DNA of 64,000 bases from contig OZ024741.1 of the NCBI GenBank assembly GCA_964016885.1, positions 18,290,001-18,354,000 of the forward strand, in the 5' to 3' direction. Below are positions 15,201 through 28,660 of this stretch, piece by piece; position 1 is the stretch's first letter, and each line of letters starts with the position of its first letter. The stretch is from Eledone cirrhosa. Its lineage: Eukaryota. The position numbers and the translations under genes are program-made. The notes under the pieces were generated by a model that was not told the origin of the DNA, did not search any database, and was given only the letters and a program-made list of their open reading frames with translations.

Positions 15201-18200
15201 ACATGGAGTGGCTTGTCACTTGTGTGTGGGTGGAGGGTGAACATGGAGTGGCTTGTCACATGTGTGTGGGTGGAGGGTGAACATGGAGTGGCTTGTCACT
15301 TGTGTCTGGGTGGACGGTGAACATGGATTGGCTTGTCACTTGTGTGTGAGTGGAGGGTGAACATGGAGTGGCTTGTCACTTGTGTGTGGGTGGAGGATGA
15401 ACATGGAGTGGCTTGTCACTTGTGTGTGAGTGGAGGGTGAACATGGAGTGGCTTGTCACTTGTGTGTGGGTGGAGGGTGAACATGGAGTGGCTTGTCACT
15501 TGTGTGTGAGTGGAGGGTGAACATGGAGTGGCTTGTCACTTGTGTGTGGGTGGAGGGTGAACATGGAGTGGCTTGTAACTTGTGTGTGGGTGGAGGGTGA
15601 ACCTGGAGTGGCTTGTCACTTGTGTGTGAGTGGAGGGTGAACATGGAGTGGCTTGTCACTTGTGTGTGAGTGGAGGGTGAACATGGAGTGGCTTGTCACT
15701 TGTGTGTGAGTGGAGGGTGAACATGGAGTGGCTTGTCACTTGTGTGTGGGTGGAGGGTGAACATGGAGTGGCTTGTAACTTGTGTGTGGGTGGAGGGTGA
15801 ACCTGGAGTGGCTTGTCACTTGTGTGTGAGTGGAGGGTGAACATGGATTGGCTTGTCACTTGTGTGTGAGTGGAGGGTGAACATGGAGTGGCTTGTCACT
15901 TGTGTGTGGGTGGAGGGTGAACATGGAGTGGCTTGTCATTTGTGTGTGAGTGGAGGGTGATCATGGATAGACTTGTCACTTGTGTGTGAGTGGAGGGTGA
16001 ACATGGAGTGGCTTGTCACTTGTGTGTGGGTGGAGGGAGAACATGGAGTGGCTTGTCACCTGTGTGTGGGTGGAGGGTGAACATGGAGTGGCTTGTCACT
16101 TGTGTGTGAGTGGAGGTTGATCATGGATAGACTTGTCACTTGTGTGTGGGTGGAGGGTGAACATGGAGTGGCTTGTCACTTGTGTGTGAGTGGAGGGTGA
16201 ACATGGAGTGGCTTGTCACTTGTGTGTGAGTGGAGGGTGAACATGGATAGACTTGTCACTTGTGTGTGGGTGGAGGGTGAACATGGAGTGGCTTGTCACT
16301 TGTGTGTGGGTTAAGGGTGAACATGGAGTGGCTTGTCACTTGTGTGTGAGTGGAGGGTGAACATGGATAGACTTGTCACTTGTGTGTGGGTGGAGGGTGA
16401 ACATGGAGTGACTTGTCACTTGTGTGTGGGTGGAGGGTGAACATGGAGTGGCTTGTCACTTGTGTGTGGGTGGAGGGTGAACATGGAGTGGCTTGTCACT
16501 TGTGTGCGAGTGGAGGGTGATCATGGATAGACTTGTCACTTGTGTGAGAGTGGAGGGTGAACATGGAGTGGCTTGTCACTTGTGTGTGGGTGGAGGGTGA
16601 ACATGGAGTGGCTTGTGACTTGTGTGTGGGTGGAGGGTGAACATGGAGTGGCTTGTCACTTGTGTGTGAGTGGAGGGTGATCATGGATAGACTTGTCACT
16701 TGTGTGTGGGTGGAGGGTGACCATGGAGTGGCTTGTCACTTGTGTGTGAGTGGAGGGTGATCATGGATAGACTTGTCACTTGTGTGTGAGTGGAGGGTGA
16801 ACATGGAGTGGCTTGTCACTTGTGTGTGAGTGGAGGGTGAACATGGAGTGGCTTGTCACTTGTGTGTGGGTGGAGGGTGAACATGGAGTGGCTTGTCACT
16901 TGTGTGTGAGTGGAGGGTGAACATGGAGTGGCTTGTCACTTGTGTGTGGGTGGAGGGTGAACATGGAGTGGCTTGTCACTTGTGTGTGGGTGGAGGGTGA
17001 ACATGGAGTGGCTTGTCACTTGTGTGTGAGTGGAGGGTGAACATGGAGTGGCTTGTCACTTGTGTGTGGGTGGAGGGTGATCATGGATAGATTTGTCACT
17101 TGTGTGTGGGTGGAGGGTGAACATGGTGTGGCTTGTCACTTGTGTGTGAGTGGAGGGTGAACATGGAGTGGCTTGTCACTTGTGTGTGGGTGGAGGGTGA
17201 ACATGGAGTGGCTTGTCACTTGTGTGTGGGTGGAGGGTGAACATGGAGTGGCTTGTCACTTGTGTCTGGGTGGAGGGTGAACATGGACTGGCTTGTCAAT
17301 AGTGTGTGAGTGGAGGGTGAACATGGAGTGGCTTGTCACTTGTGTGTGGGTGGAGGATGAACATGAGTGGCTTGTCACTTGTGTGTGAGTGGAGGGTGAA
17401 CATGGAGTGGCTTGTCACTTGTGTGTGGGTGGAGGCTGAACATGGAGTGGCTTGTCACTTGTGTGTGAGTGGAGTGTGAACATGGAGTGGCTTGTCACTT
17501 GTGTGTGGGTGGAGGGTGAACATGGAGTGGCTTGTAACTTGTGTGTGGATGGAGGGTGAACATGGAGTGGCTTGTCACTTGTGTGTGAGTGGAGGGTGAA
17601 CATGGAGTGGCTTGTCACTTGTGTGTGGGTGGAGGGTGAACATGGAGTGGCTTGTCACTTGTGTGTGGGTGGAGGGTGAACATGGAGTGGCTTGTCACTT
17701 GTGTGTGGGTGGAGGGTGAACATGGAGTGGCTTGTCACTTGTGTGTGAGTGGAGGGTGAACATGGAGTGGCTTGTCACTTGTGTGTGGGTGGAGGGTGAT
17801 CATGGATAGATTTGTCACTTGTGTGTGGGTGGAGGGTGAACATGGTGTGGCTTGTGACTTGTGTGTGAGTGGAGGGTGAACATGGAGTGGCTTGTCACTT
17901 GTGTGTGGGTGGAGGGTGAACATGGAGTGGCTTGTCACTTGTGTGTGGGTGGAGGGTGAACATGGAGTGGCTTGTCACTTGTGTCTGGGTGGAGGGTGAA
18001 CATGGACTGGCTTGTCACCTGTGTGTGAATGGAGGGTGAACATGGAGTGGCTTGTCACTTGTGTGTGGGTGGAGGATGAACGTGAGTGGCTTGTCACTTG
18101 TGTGTGAGTGGAGGGTGAACATGGAGTGGCTTGTCACTTGTGTGTGGGTGGAGGCTGAACATGGAGTGGCTTGTCACTTGTGTGTGAGTGGAGTGTGAAC

Positions 18201-21200
18201 ATGGAGTGGCTTGTCACTTGTGTGTGGGTGGAGGGTGAACATGGAGTGGCTTGTAACTTGTGTGTGGGTGGAGGGTGAACATGGAGTGGCTTGTCACTTG
18301 TGTGTGAGTGGAGGGTGAACATGGAGTGGCTCGTCACTTGTGTGTGGGTGGAGGGTGAACATGGAGTGGCTTGTCACTTGTGTGTGGGTGGACGGTGAAC
18401 ATGGAGTGGCTTGTCACTTGTGTGTGGGTGGAGGGTGAACATGGAGTGGCTTGTCACTTGTGTCTGGGTGGAGGGTGAACATGGAGTGGCTTGTCACCTG
18501 TGTGTGGGTGGAGTGTGAACATGGAGTGATTTGTCACTTGTGTGTGGGTGGAGGGTGAACATGGAGTGGCTTGTCACTTGTGTGTGAGTGGAGGGTGATC
18601 ATGGATAGACTTGTCACTTGTGTGTGAGTGGAGGGTGAACATGGAGTGGCTTGTCACTTGTGTGTGGGTGGAGGGTGAACATGGAGTGGCTTGTCACTTG
18701 TGTGTGGGTGGAGGGTGAACATGGAGTGGCTTGTCACTTGTGTGTGAGTGGAGGGTAACATGGATAGACTTGTCACTTGTGTGTGAGTGGAGGGTGAACA
18801 TGGAGTGGCTTGTCACTTGTGTGTGGGTGGAGGGTGAACCTGGAGTGGCTTGTTACTTGTGTGTGAGTGGAGGGTAACATGGATAGACTTGTCACTTGTG
18901 TGTGAGTGGAGGGTGAACATGGAGTGGCTTGTCACTTGTGTGTGGGTGGAGGGTGAACATGGAGTGGCTTGTCACTTGTGTGTGGGTGGAGGGTGAACAT
19001 GGAGTGGCTTGTCACTTGTGTGTGAGTGGAGGGTAACATGGATAGACTTGTCACTTGTGTGTGAGTGGAGGGTGAACATGGAGTGGCTTGTCACTTGTGT
19101 GTGGGTGGAGGGTGAACATGGAGTGGCTTGTCACTTGTGTGAGGGTGGAGGGTGAACATGGAGTGGCTTGTCACTTGTTTGTGGGTGGAGGGTGATCATG
19201 GATAGACTTGTCACTTGTGTGTGAGTGGAGGGTGAACATGGAGTGGCTTGTCACTTGTGTGTGAGTGGAGGGTGAACATGGAGTGGCTTGTCACTTGTGT
19301 GTGAGTGGAGGGTAACATGGATAGACTTGTCACTTGTGTGTGAGTGGAGGGTGAACATGGAGTGGCTTGTCACTTGTGTGTGGGTGGAGGGTGAACATGG
19401 AGTGGCTTGTCATTTGTGTGTGGGTGGAGGATGAACATGGAGTGGCTTGTCACCTGTGTGTGAGTGGAGGGTGAACATGGAGTGGCTTGTCACTTGTGTG
19501 TGAGTGGAGGGTGAACATGGAGTGGCTTGTCACTTGTGTGTGGGTGGAGGGTGAACATGGAGTGGCTTGTCACTTGTGTGTGAGTGGAGGGTGAACATGG
19601 AGTGGCTTGTCACTTGTGTGTGAGTGGAGGGTGAACATGGAGTGGCTTGTCACTTGTGTGTGGGTGGAGGGTGAACATGGAGTGGCTTGTCACTTGTGTG
19701 CGGGTGGAGGGTGAACATGGAGTGGATTGTCACTTGTGTGTGAGTGGAGGGTGAACATGGAGAGGCTTGTCACTTGTGTGTGAGTGGAGGGTGATCATGG
19801 AGTGGCTTGTCACTTGTGTGTGAGTGGAGGGTGAACATGGAGAGGCTTGTCACTTGTGTGTGGGTGGAGGGTGAACATGGAGTGGCTTGTCACTTGTGTG
19901 TGGGTGGAGGGTGAACATGGAGTGGCTTGTCACTTGTGTGTGAGTGGAGGGTGATCATGGAGTGGCTTGTCACTTGTGTGTGAGTGGAGGGTGAACATGG
20001 AGTGGCTTGTCACTTGTGTGTGAGTGGAGGGTGAACATGGAGTGGCTTGTCACTTGTGTGTGAGTGGAGGGTGAACATGGAGTGGCTTGTCACTTGTGTG
20101 TGAGTGGAGGGTGAACATGGAGTGGCTTGTCACTTGTGTGTGGGTGGAGGGTGAACATGGAGTGTCTTGTCACTTGTGTGTGAGTGGAGGGTAAACATGG
20201 AGTGGCTTGTCACTTGTGTGTGAGTGGAGGGTAACATGGATAGACTTGTCACTTGTGTGTGAGTGGAGGGTGAACATGGAGTGGCTTGTCACTTGTGTGT
20301 GGGTGGAGGGTGAACATGGAGTGGCTTGTCACTTGTGTGTGGGTGGAGGGTGAATATGGAGTGGCTTGTCACTTGTGTGTGAGTGGAGGGTGATCATGGA
20401 GTGGCTTGTCACTTGTGTGTGGGTGGAGGGTGAATATGGAGTGGCTTGTCACTTGTGTGTGAGTGGAGGGTGAACATGGAGAGGCTTGTCACTTGTGTGT
20501 GGGTGGAGGGTGAACATGGAGTGGCTAGTCACTTGTGTGTGGGTGGAGGGTGAACATGGAGTGGCTTGTCACTTGTGTGTGAGTGGAGGGTGAACATGGT
20601 GTGGCTTGTCACTTGTGTGTGGGTGGAGGGTGAACATGGAGTGGCTTGTCACTTGTGTGTGGGTGGATGGTGAACATGGAGTGGCTTGTCACTTGTGTGT
20701 GAGTGGAGGGTGAACATGGAGTGGCTTGTCACTTGTGTGTGAGTGGAAGGTAACATGGATAGACTTGTCACTTTTGTGTGAGTGGAGGGTGAACATGGAG
20801 TGGCTTGTCACTTGTGTGTGGGTGGAGGGTGAACATGGAGTGGCTTGTCACTTGTGTGTGGGTGGAGGATGAACATGGAGTGGCTTGTCACTTGTGTGTG
20901 GGTGGAGGGTGAACATGGATAGACTTGTCACTTGTGTGTGGGTGGAGGGTGAACATGGAGTGGCTTGTCACTTGTGTGTGGGTGGAGGGTGAACATGGAG
21001 TGGCTTGTCACTTGTGTGTGGGTGGAGGGTGAACATGGATAGACTTGTCACTTGTGTGTGGGTGGAGGGTGAACATGGAGTGGCTTGTCACTTGTGTGTG
21101 GGTGGAGGGTGAACATGGAGTGGCTTGTCACTTGTGTGTGGGTGGAGGGTGAACATGGAGTGGCTTGTCACTTGTGTGTGGGTGGAGGGTGAACATGGAT

Positions 21201-21583
21201 AGACTTATCACTTGTGTGTGGGTAGAGGGTGAACATGGAGTGGCTTGTCACTTGTGTGTGAGTGGAGGGTGAACATGGAGTGGCTTGTCACTTGTGTGTG
21301 GGTGGAGGGTGAACATGGACTGGCTTGTCACTTGTGTGTGAGTGGAGGGTGAACATGGAGTGGCTTGTCACTTGTGTGTGGGTGGAGGGTGAACATGGAG
21401 TGGCTTGTCACTTGTGTGTGGGTGGAGGGTGAACATGGAGTGGCTTGTCACTTGTGTGTGAGTGGAAGGTGAACATGGAGTGGCTTGTCACTTGTGTGTG
21501 AGTGGAGGGTGAACATGGAGTGGCTTGTCACTTCTGTGTGGGTGGAGGGTGAACATGGAGTGGCTTGTCACTTGTGTGTGGGT
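208..21583. repeat. 40-bp tandem satellite, consensus (G/A)GTGGAGGGTGAACATGGAGTGGCTTGTCACTTGTGTGTG, about 535 units
   Basis: Uninterrupted 40-bp periodicity with sparse SNP and 1-bp-deletion variants; all ORFs in this span are translations of the unit. Confidence 0.99.
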
Positions 21584-21610
21584 GTGTATATATATATATA
21601 TATTTTCTAT

Positions 21611-21698
<88 letters not shown>

Positions 21699-21705
<7 letters not shown>

Positions 21706-21885
21706 GACCCCGACGGCAGAGCTCAAGCCGTTTCGACGGCTATTTCGCGAAATAGTCGTCGCAACGGCTTGAGCTATGCCGTCCGGGTCCTGACTCTTTT
21801 CCTATTACCCACTCTAGTACCCAAATTATCGAGTACTCTGGTGCGTTATGGTCCACCTGGTTCCTTACCACACTTCCTTCATTAT
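21699..21885. mobile_element. Fold-back short repeat (family copies at 22720-22950, 30014-30080, 57813-58008), probable Penelope-type terminal fragment with inverted partial copy
   Basis: GGACCCCGACGGCAGAGCTCAAGCCGTTTCGACGGCTA followed by its reverse complement; the same motif recurs at three other loci between microsatellites. Confidence 0.6.
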
Positions 21886-21886
21886 G

Positions 21887-21961
<75 letters not shown>

Positions 21962-22672
21962 ATGTATATATAATATATATATATATATATATAATAACTA
22001 GAAATTGATTAACATATATAAACATGAATAATCACAGGAGATAATTGTTACAAGCTGGTAACCACGCATAGCTAGTTGTGTAACAAATAAATAGATACCT
22101 TTTAATATGATTAATCTTCCCTGTATATATTCCATTAAAGAAATATATTTCACCAATTAATCAGATGGTAAGTCACGGAAAGTGGATATTATTGGATTAT
22201 CAACAAGGAAGAATAATGTCCAACTATCCCTGCTTACACAGCGAGTTCAAATCTTCAACTGGCCGCTACCACGTGTTGCTCTTACACATGACAGCAGTCT
22301 CGTCTCAGTGGCGTGAATAGGTATTCGACAACTAGAAACAGCAGTCAATTCCCTTCAACAGAATTAGCTCTACAATTAAGGAGCCGTATTTATATATCTA
22401 TATCCAAAATTAAGATAAATTAAATGAATTTAATCCAAATATATATATGAATTTAATATATATATGAATTTAATCCAAATATATATAGTAATTGTTTCTA
22501 CTAATTGAAGACTAAAATCCAAAGAGGTTCAGAAGATCCCGTTAAGGGTGAAAGCAGCGATTCTTTGCTTAGACTTTAATCTGTTATTTTAATAAATATA
22601 TATATATACATATATATATATTATATATACATATATATATTTATATTATCTATACATATATATATATTATAA

Positions 22673-22719
<47 letters not shown>

Positions 22720-22721
<2 letters not shown>

Positions 22722-22945
22722 CGAAGGAAATGTGGTAAGGAACCAGGTGGACCATAACGAACCAAAGTACTCAATACTTAGGGTAGTTGAGTGGGTAATA
22801 GGAACGAGTAGGACCCCGACGGCAGAGCTCAAGCCGTTTCGACGGCTAATTCTGGACTAAAAAAAAAGAAAAAAAAAGATTTTTTTTCTAGTCCAGAATT
22901 AGCCGTCGAAACGGCTTGAGCTCAGCCGTCGGGGTCCTACTCGTT

Positions 22946-22950
<5 letters not shown>
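22720..22950. mobile_element. Fold-back short repeat, same family as 21699-21885
   Basis: About 60-bp inverted arms (TAGGAACGAGTAGGACCCCGAC...CTGGACTA / TAGTCCAG...TCGTTCCTA) around an A/T spacer; flanked by (TA)n. Confidence 0.6.
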
Positions 22951-23004
<54 letters not shown>

Positions 23005-23089
23005 AGAGGTTATATTTAATTTGTTGGGATTCAACAAGCTTAAAAAATGTTATAACTGATATTAAGCACTCAACTATTTAGTGGAGTAA

Positions 23090-23440
23090 ATACACAATAT
23101 ATTAATAAATGGAAACTATATTTATAAAACGATATTTATTTTATTATATATATTTCAAGGGCAAATTATGGTGAGCTTCCATCTGATAAAATACAGATTT
23201 GTTTTATAAATAAATATTGACATACCCGGAAAAAAGACAACCTTAACGGTTGACTAACCAGGGAGCTCCAACCGTTAAGGTTGTCTTTTTTCCGGGTATG
23301 TCAATATATATTTATAAAACAAATCTGTATTTTAGCTGATGAAAGCGCACCATAATTGCCTTGGTTGCCCTTGAAATATATATAATAAAATAAATATGGT
23401 TTTATAAATATAGTTTCTATTTATTAATATATTGTAATAT

Positions 23441-23445
<5 letters not shown>
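23090..23445. mobile_element. Inverted pair of Penelope-like pseudo-LTR fragments
   Basis: About 160-bp inverted arms around a 16-nt spacer at about 23253-23268; each arm carries a hammerhead-like core. Confidence 0.7.
23328..23392 (+). ncRNA. Minimal type I hammerhead ribozyme motif
   Basis: TATTTTAG-CTGATGA-AAG...CTT-GAAA-TATATA-TA-ATAAAATA; the opposite arm has a mutated core (CAGATGG) but a perfect stem I. Confidence 0.65.
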
Positions 23446-23530
<85 letters not shown>

Positions 23531-23886
23531 TGTATGTATGTATTTATATATGCATACACTCATACATATTTTTATAGATAGATATACATACATATATTGA
23601 TGGATAGACATACAAATGGACAGTTATAGTCGGATACAAGTATATATATATATATTTTTCTTCCTCATAATCGTCTCTTTCTCCCTGTTTTCATATATAT
23701 ATATATATATTTGTAGTAAGGATGCTTGGATGCATCCATAGGCGGTATGCCGGTTGAGCACTCTATGCTCCTTCGGAGCAGAGTATAATAATATGGAAAA
23801 CGAAGAATCAGTGATGTATCGGAACACAACATCGGAACAGTTCGAGGTGTGATCTGTTTGTGGAGGATTTGCTTCGAAATCACTAG

Positions 23887-23979
23887 ACGTATCTGAGGAA
23901 CTTGCGAATCCAGAGTCAGGTTCGATCCACAAACAGATCGCACCTCGAGCTGTTCACCGGAGAAACAATTGTTATACGT
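23887..23979 (+). ncRNA. Hammerhead motif with extended stem II, within fold-back element 23790-24025
   Basis: Stem I ACGTAT/ATACGT, core CTGAGGA, about 60-nt stem II with internal hairpin AGGTTCGATC/GATCGCACCT, then GAAA-CAATTG-TT. Confidence 0.65.
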
Positions 23980-24019
23980 AATAAATTGTGTTCCGATCCA
24001 TCACTGATTCTTCGTTTTC

Positions 24020-24087
<68 letters not shown>

Positions 24088-24611
24088 GGGGGGGCTAAAT
24101 AAGGCCGTCGAATGTCCAAACTTGATCGTACATGCTTCAAGAACAAACCAAAGCTATTTACGAATTCAAGCAAATGAAGCTCATAAACTCACACACGACC
24201 TTACATACCTGACCCTGACTCCTTGAAATCTTATTTTCCTCTTAATGTATCCCTAATTTTATTCATCATGTTCTCTCTATTTACCATGCATATTTTATTA
24301 TTTTATTACTTTTATTGTCTCTATTATTGTTGTTATTATTGTCTTATTTATACACTATTTGTTATTGATGTTGTGAAAACTAAACCCCCATGATTCGAAC
24401 TAACAATCCCAACTTTTAGAATAGGCCACTTAAATACCGAATCTACAACTTCACTTAATACCACATAAAAGCCATATATCTCTATGCACCCACTCTATCA
24501 TTCTCACTAAGTTCATACAACGAAAATACTTATCTGTCAAACTATAAATCAATCTCCGGTTTATTGCTAGTGTGCTTTTAGACCTACAGCACACGTATAT
24601 ACCTCATAATT

Positions 24612-25242
24612 ACTCCTAAATCCTGACTCCAAGTACATGTTACCAGTTATCTCTCCACCACCTTAGCACGACATCTAATGTACCCTACAGCAGTTTTCAC
24701 ATGTCAATTTCATACATCTGTATCATATCAGTTCGTTTAATATGCTAGATTCATCATTATACTCTATTTTTTTACTTATATTGATGTTATTATTTTAACT
24801 ATCAGTATCTAGTTATTTTATTATTGATATTATTGTTCTGGTTTAATACCACTCCTCTATAAAAGCCATGCCTTGAGTATCTTCCTCACTTTCGCACGCT
24901 CTGATGAAACGACTGGTTATAAACAAAGTATTGGAGATCGATTGACGCAACATCAAGCGAGTAGTGAACTCTAGACCTATCAGATCAAAGAAACAATTGT
25001 CAGCAATGTGAATAAAGCCCTTATTGTATAGCCAACCATGTCACTCTTCTGTCTTGAATTATTATTACTCCAAGTATAAACTACATAAAAATCACCGCGA
25101 ACTCGCAGCATCACTATGGAAACGTCTTGCTGAGTCAAACTAAGCCATACGTTAATACCATCCACAACACGGAGTACTCTAACTGGACTACATCTAAGTG
25201 GACTGCCTATAACGATAACCTGTTATCCCGTATATATATATA

Positions 25243-25250
<8 letters not shown>
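24612..25250 (+). mobile_element. Penelope-like 3' end/pseudo-LTR, near-identical second copy at about 53056-53695
   Basis: About 640-bp dispersed duplicate (identical 61-aa antisense ORF at 24980 and 53423); contains a hammerhead homologous to that downstream of the Penelope ORF at 54656. Confidence 0.75.
24898..25004 (+). ncRNA. Hammerhead motif with extended stem II and canonical GUC triplet
   Basis: GCT-CTGATGA-(about 80-nt stem II, GACTGGT...ATCAGATC)-GAAA-CAATTG-TC-AGC. Confidence 0.7.
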
Positions 25251-25326
<76 letters not shown>

Positions 25327-25384
25327 GCTGTCCAAAGGAAAGGAAATGGCTGATCCAGTTTGGCACCAGTGACATCACAACCCA

Positions 25385-26060
25385 TATATACACTATATAT
25401 GCACTACATATACACTATATATGCACTACATATACACTATATATACACTATATATACACTACATATACACTATATATACACTACATATACACTATATATA
25501 CACTACATATACACTATATATACACTACATATACACTATATATACACTACATACACTATATATACACTACATATACACTATATATACACTATATACACTA
25601 TATATACACTACATATACACTATATATACACTATATACACTATATACACTACATATACACTATATACACTATATATATACACTATATATATACACTACAT
25701 ATACACTACATATATACTATATATACAGTACATATACACTATATATACACTACATATACACTACATATACACTACATATACACTACATATACACTACATA
25801 TACACTATATATACACTACATATACACACTACATATACACTATATATACACTACATATACACTACATATACACTACATATACACTACATATACACTATAT
25901 ATACACTACATATACACACTACATATACACTATATATACACTACATATACACTATATATACACTATATATACACTATATATACACTATATATACACTACA
26001 TATACACTATATATATACACTATATACACACTACATATACACTATATATATACACTATAT
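25385..26060. repeat. Low-complexity (TA)nCAC minisatellite flanked by a diverged 60-bp direct repeat
   Basis: TATATACAC/TACATATACAC units; ATAATG..GGAAAGG..CCAGTGACATCACAAC at 25322-25381 and 26061-26120. Confidence 0.85.
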
Positions 26061-26262
26061 ATAATGTTGCCCCAGGGAAAGGCAATAGTTGACACAGCTT
26101 GGTACCAGTGACATCACAACTGATTTCTACAGCTGAGTAAAGTGAAGCAACGTGAAATAAAGTGTCTTGCTCAATGACACAACGCATCACCCGGTCTGGA
26201 AATCGATCTCACAACCTCGCGATTGCAAGCCCAACTTTCTAACTACTAAGCCGTGCGCCTTC
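26061..26262 (-). mobile_element. tRNA-derived SINE with CORE-like central domain
   Basis: Minus strand shows A-box-like GGCTTAGTAGTTAG, B-box-like GATCGATTTCC, then TGTGTCATTGAGCAAGACACTTTA; homologous to 28375-28660. Confidence 0.65.
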
Positions 26263-26409
26263 ATAAACCCAGATAATTCGAAAATAAAAAGAAGGAAACT
26301 CGAATCAGAAACCTGTTACAATCTAAACTACATGAAATTATATTAAAATTATACAACAACGTTCAATTAACAAATAAAATATTAATTAAAAGGTTCATTA
26401 AAAGGTTAA

Positions 26410-26626
26410 ATAACGATTTCTAGTATAGGTACAAGGCCAGTAATTTGAGGGGAGGGGAAAGTCGATAAATAGACCCCAGTACGTTACTGGTACTTTATTT
26501 TATCGACCCCGTAAGGATGAAAGGCAAAGTTAACCTCGGCGGGATTTGAACTCAGACCGTAAAGGGCCGTAACTCTAAGCTGCAAAGCATTGTATCCGAC
26601 GTTCTACCGATACTGCCAATCCACCT
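26410..26626 (-). mobile_element. tRNA-derived SINE, second family (Meta-domain-like GCCTTTCATCCTTACGGGGTCGATAAAATAAAGTACCAG)
   Basis: A box TGGCAGTATCGG and B box GAGTTCAAATCC on the minus strand; homologues at 55775-55970, 57160-57255, 60960-61250. Confidence 0.75.
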
Positions 26627-27300
26627 AAATAACGTTAATGAAATATTAACGAAATAAATTACTAAATAAAATATCCAAATAAACAATATTTAAATGAAGA
26701 TTAATGAAATATTAACTTAACCAAACTACTACATACATAATTTCATCTTTTGAAGAACATGTTGCGCCCTCTAACCACCAAGTATGTAATGAAAGTAGCC
26801 AAAATCAAGGGCACTAACTCCGTTCACCTCTGTCGTCGTCAATAAGTCGCCTTTCCCCTAAATCTTAACTAGAAAGTAAGCCAGCATACTGATGAAGAAT
26901 CCACAAACATGTCACCATATATAGCTCAAACAATAAGAATCAAGTTATCAAGTTAGATATACAATACAAAGCAAATGTCACGAAGGCAATGAAACAGTCT
27001 CTTCAAATTACATGTACCACTCCGTGTTTTTATTGAAATAAGATAAGTGACTGTAAATTTAATATAATAGACATACACCAAAATGATGTTGTCCATAAGC
27101 TCAACTAAATGTGATAAGAGCTAAACCCACCAAGGGACCCTTTATATCAGAGGCTTGTCAACTGAGAACTCGGTCCACATGGTATCAAGGTATCACACAC
27201 ACACACACATATATATAAAAGGTAAACAGAAATAACAACACAATCGGTACAGTATATGGAAGAGATATATTAGGTTAACGCTTGATATAGCAGGAAGAGG

Positions 27301-27336
27301 GTCTTAACGTTTCGGACGCTAGTCCTTCATCAGAAA
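27301..27336 (-). ncRNA. Minimal hammerhead ribozyme motif
   Basis: Minus strand TTT-CTGATGA-A-GGAC(TAGC)GTCC-GAAACGTTA-AGA; perfect stem II and palindromic AACGTT in place of stem III. Confidence 0.7.
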
Positions 27337-27445
27337 AAAAAATGAGAAATAAGATAGATTGAGGGGACGGGCGGGTTGGAATTGGAAAAATGTCTTTAGA
27401 TAAAAATAACAGGTCCATTCATGTTGACATATATATATATAAATA

Positions 27446-27643
27446 TACGAGGGTGTTGAAGAGTTCCAGGCCAATCGCTGCTACAGAGACCTGGCTGAAG
27501 GCCCAACCTTCCGAGTTCTTTTTACAGTGCATAGAAAAACTGAAGGACCACTGCAATAAGTGTGTGAATCTGAGAGGAGGACATGTTGAGTAAAATCAAC
27601 TGATCCTCTTGTATTCTCTTTTACCCAAAGCCAGGAACTTTTC
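27446..27643 (+). mobile_element. Internally deleted mariner remnant
   Basis: TACGAGGG..GAAGAGTTCCAGGC terminal repeat with partial inverse GCCAGGAACTTTTC; encodes a transposase C-terminus WLKAQPSEFFLQCIEKL..KCVNLRGGHVE*. Confidence 0.8.
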
Positions 27644-28374
27644 GTGTGTGTGTGTGTGCATCCAATCCAGATCCTTTACACTTGTTGGCGAAACACTCCC
27701 TGCTTGACCTCTACCGCTTTCTGTTTGCTGTTGCTCGTGTCAAGATTGTAGCCATACTCTCCATGCTTGGCCAATTGCGGGTTGGTGAGGCTGTTTAGCC
27801 CATAGTTGGGGTGGATGGCTGATGACTCTGAGGACTTCATCTGCCCCTTTAAATAGCCCTTTTTTGCTGCAGGGGTTCGTCTTAACTTGCAAATGTACCC
27901 CAATCCGTGCATAATGCACGAATACAATCAAATCAAAATAGCCGATCTGACAGTGGGATATATATACCAGAGTCCTGCCAATAAAGAACAACGTCCACGT
28001 GGTATCAATACGTTATTAAGACCGTTAATTGCCAAAACCTAATAGAGAAATCTATCCAATCCAAAGTTGTCCACGAACATGATTAAATGTAATAACAGCC
28101 GATCTCATAAAGAGACCTTTATGTCAGAGGCCTGCCAACGGGGACTTCAGTCTGTCATGTTTCAAGGTATGGCATCTCTAGAGTGAGCATAAATTCTTTC
28201 CCTGATTATAAAATACCATATCTCGGATACTATTTGAGATTTTATTTTTTTCATTTATAAATTTCAGGTTTAAAGTTATTCTGAACTTGTTTTACATTTC
28301 CTCTTCTACAGGAAGTAGTTGTAATTTTCAGTAACAAAATGACATCTATGAAACAAAAAGACTTTATGCTCAGC

Positions 28375-28660
28375 CTGTATAACTGGTACTCCGTCGGCTA
28401 CGACGACGAGTGTTCCAGTTGATACGATCAACAGAACAGCCTGCTCATAGTTGTCAGGGAGATTCAGCGTGACTCAGAATGTGACGAGGCGGTCCCTTCG
28501 AATTACAGGTACAACTCATTTTTGCCAGCTGAGTAGACTGGAGCAACGTGAAATAAATTGTCTTGCTCAAGAACACAACACACTGTATGGTCCAGGAATT
28601 GAACCGAGGACATTATGACCATAAGTCCAACATTCTAACCACAAGACCACGCGCCTTCAC
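28375..28660 (-). mobile_element. tRNA-derived SINE, CORE-like family
   Basis: Shares CAGCTGAGTA..GAGCAACGTGAAATAAA..GTCTTGCTCAA..CACAAC with 26061-26262; B-box GGTTCAATTCC on the minus strand. Confidence 0.65.

Noticed and set aside
208-21583. CRISPR array or His/Pro-rich protein gene in the 40-bp repeat
   Set aside because: No unique spacers, no cas genes, eukaryotic context; the consensus has a TGA that closes every frame within 120 bp, and the listed ORFs arise only where a SNP removes it
22529-22565. Hammerhead-like CAGAAGA-TCCC(GTTAA)GGGT-GAAA, with a reverse copy at about 60785-60815
   Set aside because: Core has A instead of the invariant U4 in both copies and no stem I could be found; at most a degenerate relative
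25360-26092. 234-aa and 223-aa Tyr/Ile/His/Thr-rich ORFs
   Set aside because: Translations of a TA/CAC low-complexity tract
26410-26626. tRNA genes at the A/B-box sites
   Set aside because: No full cloverleaf; the heads continue into multi-copy SINE bodies
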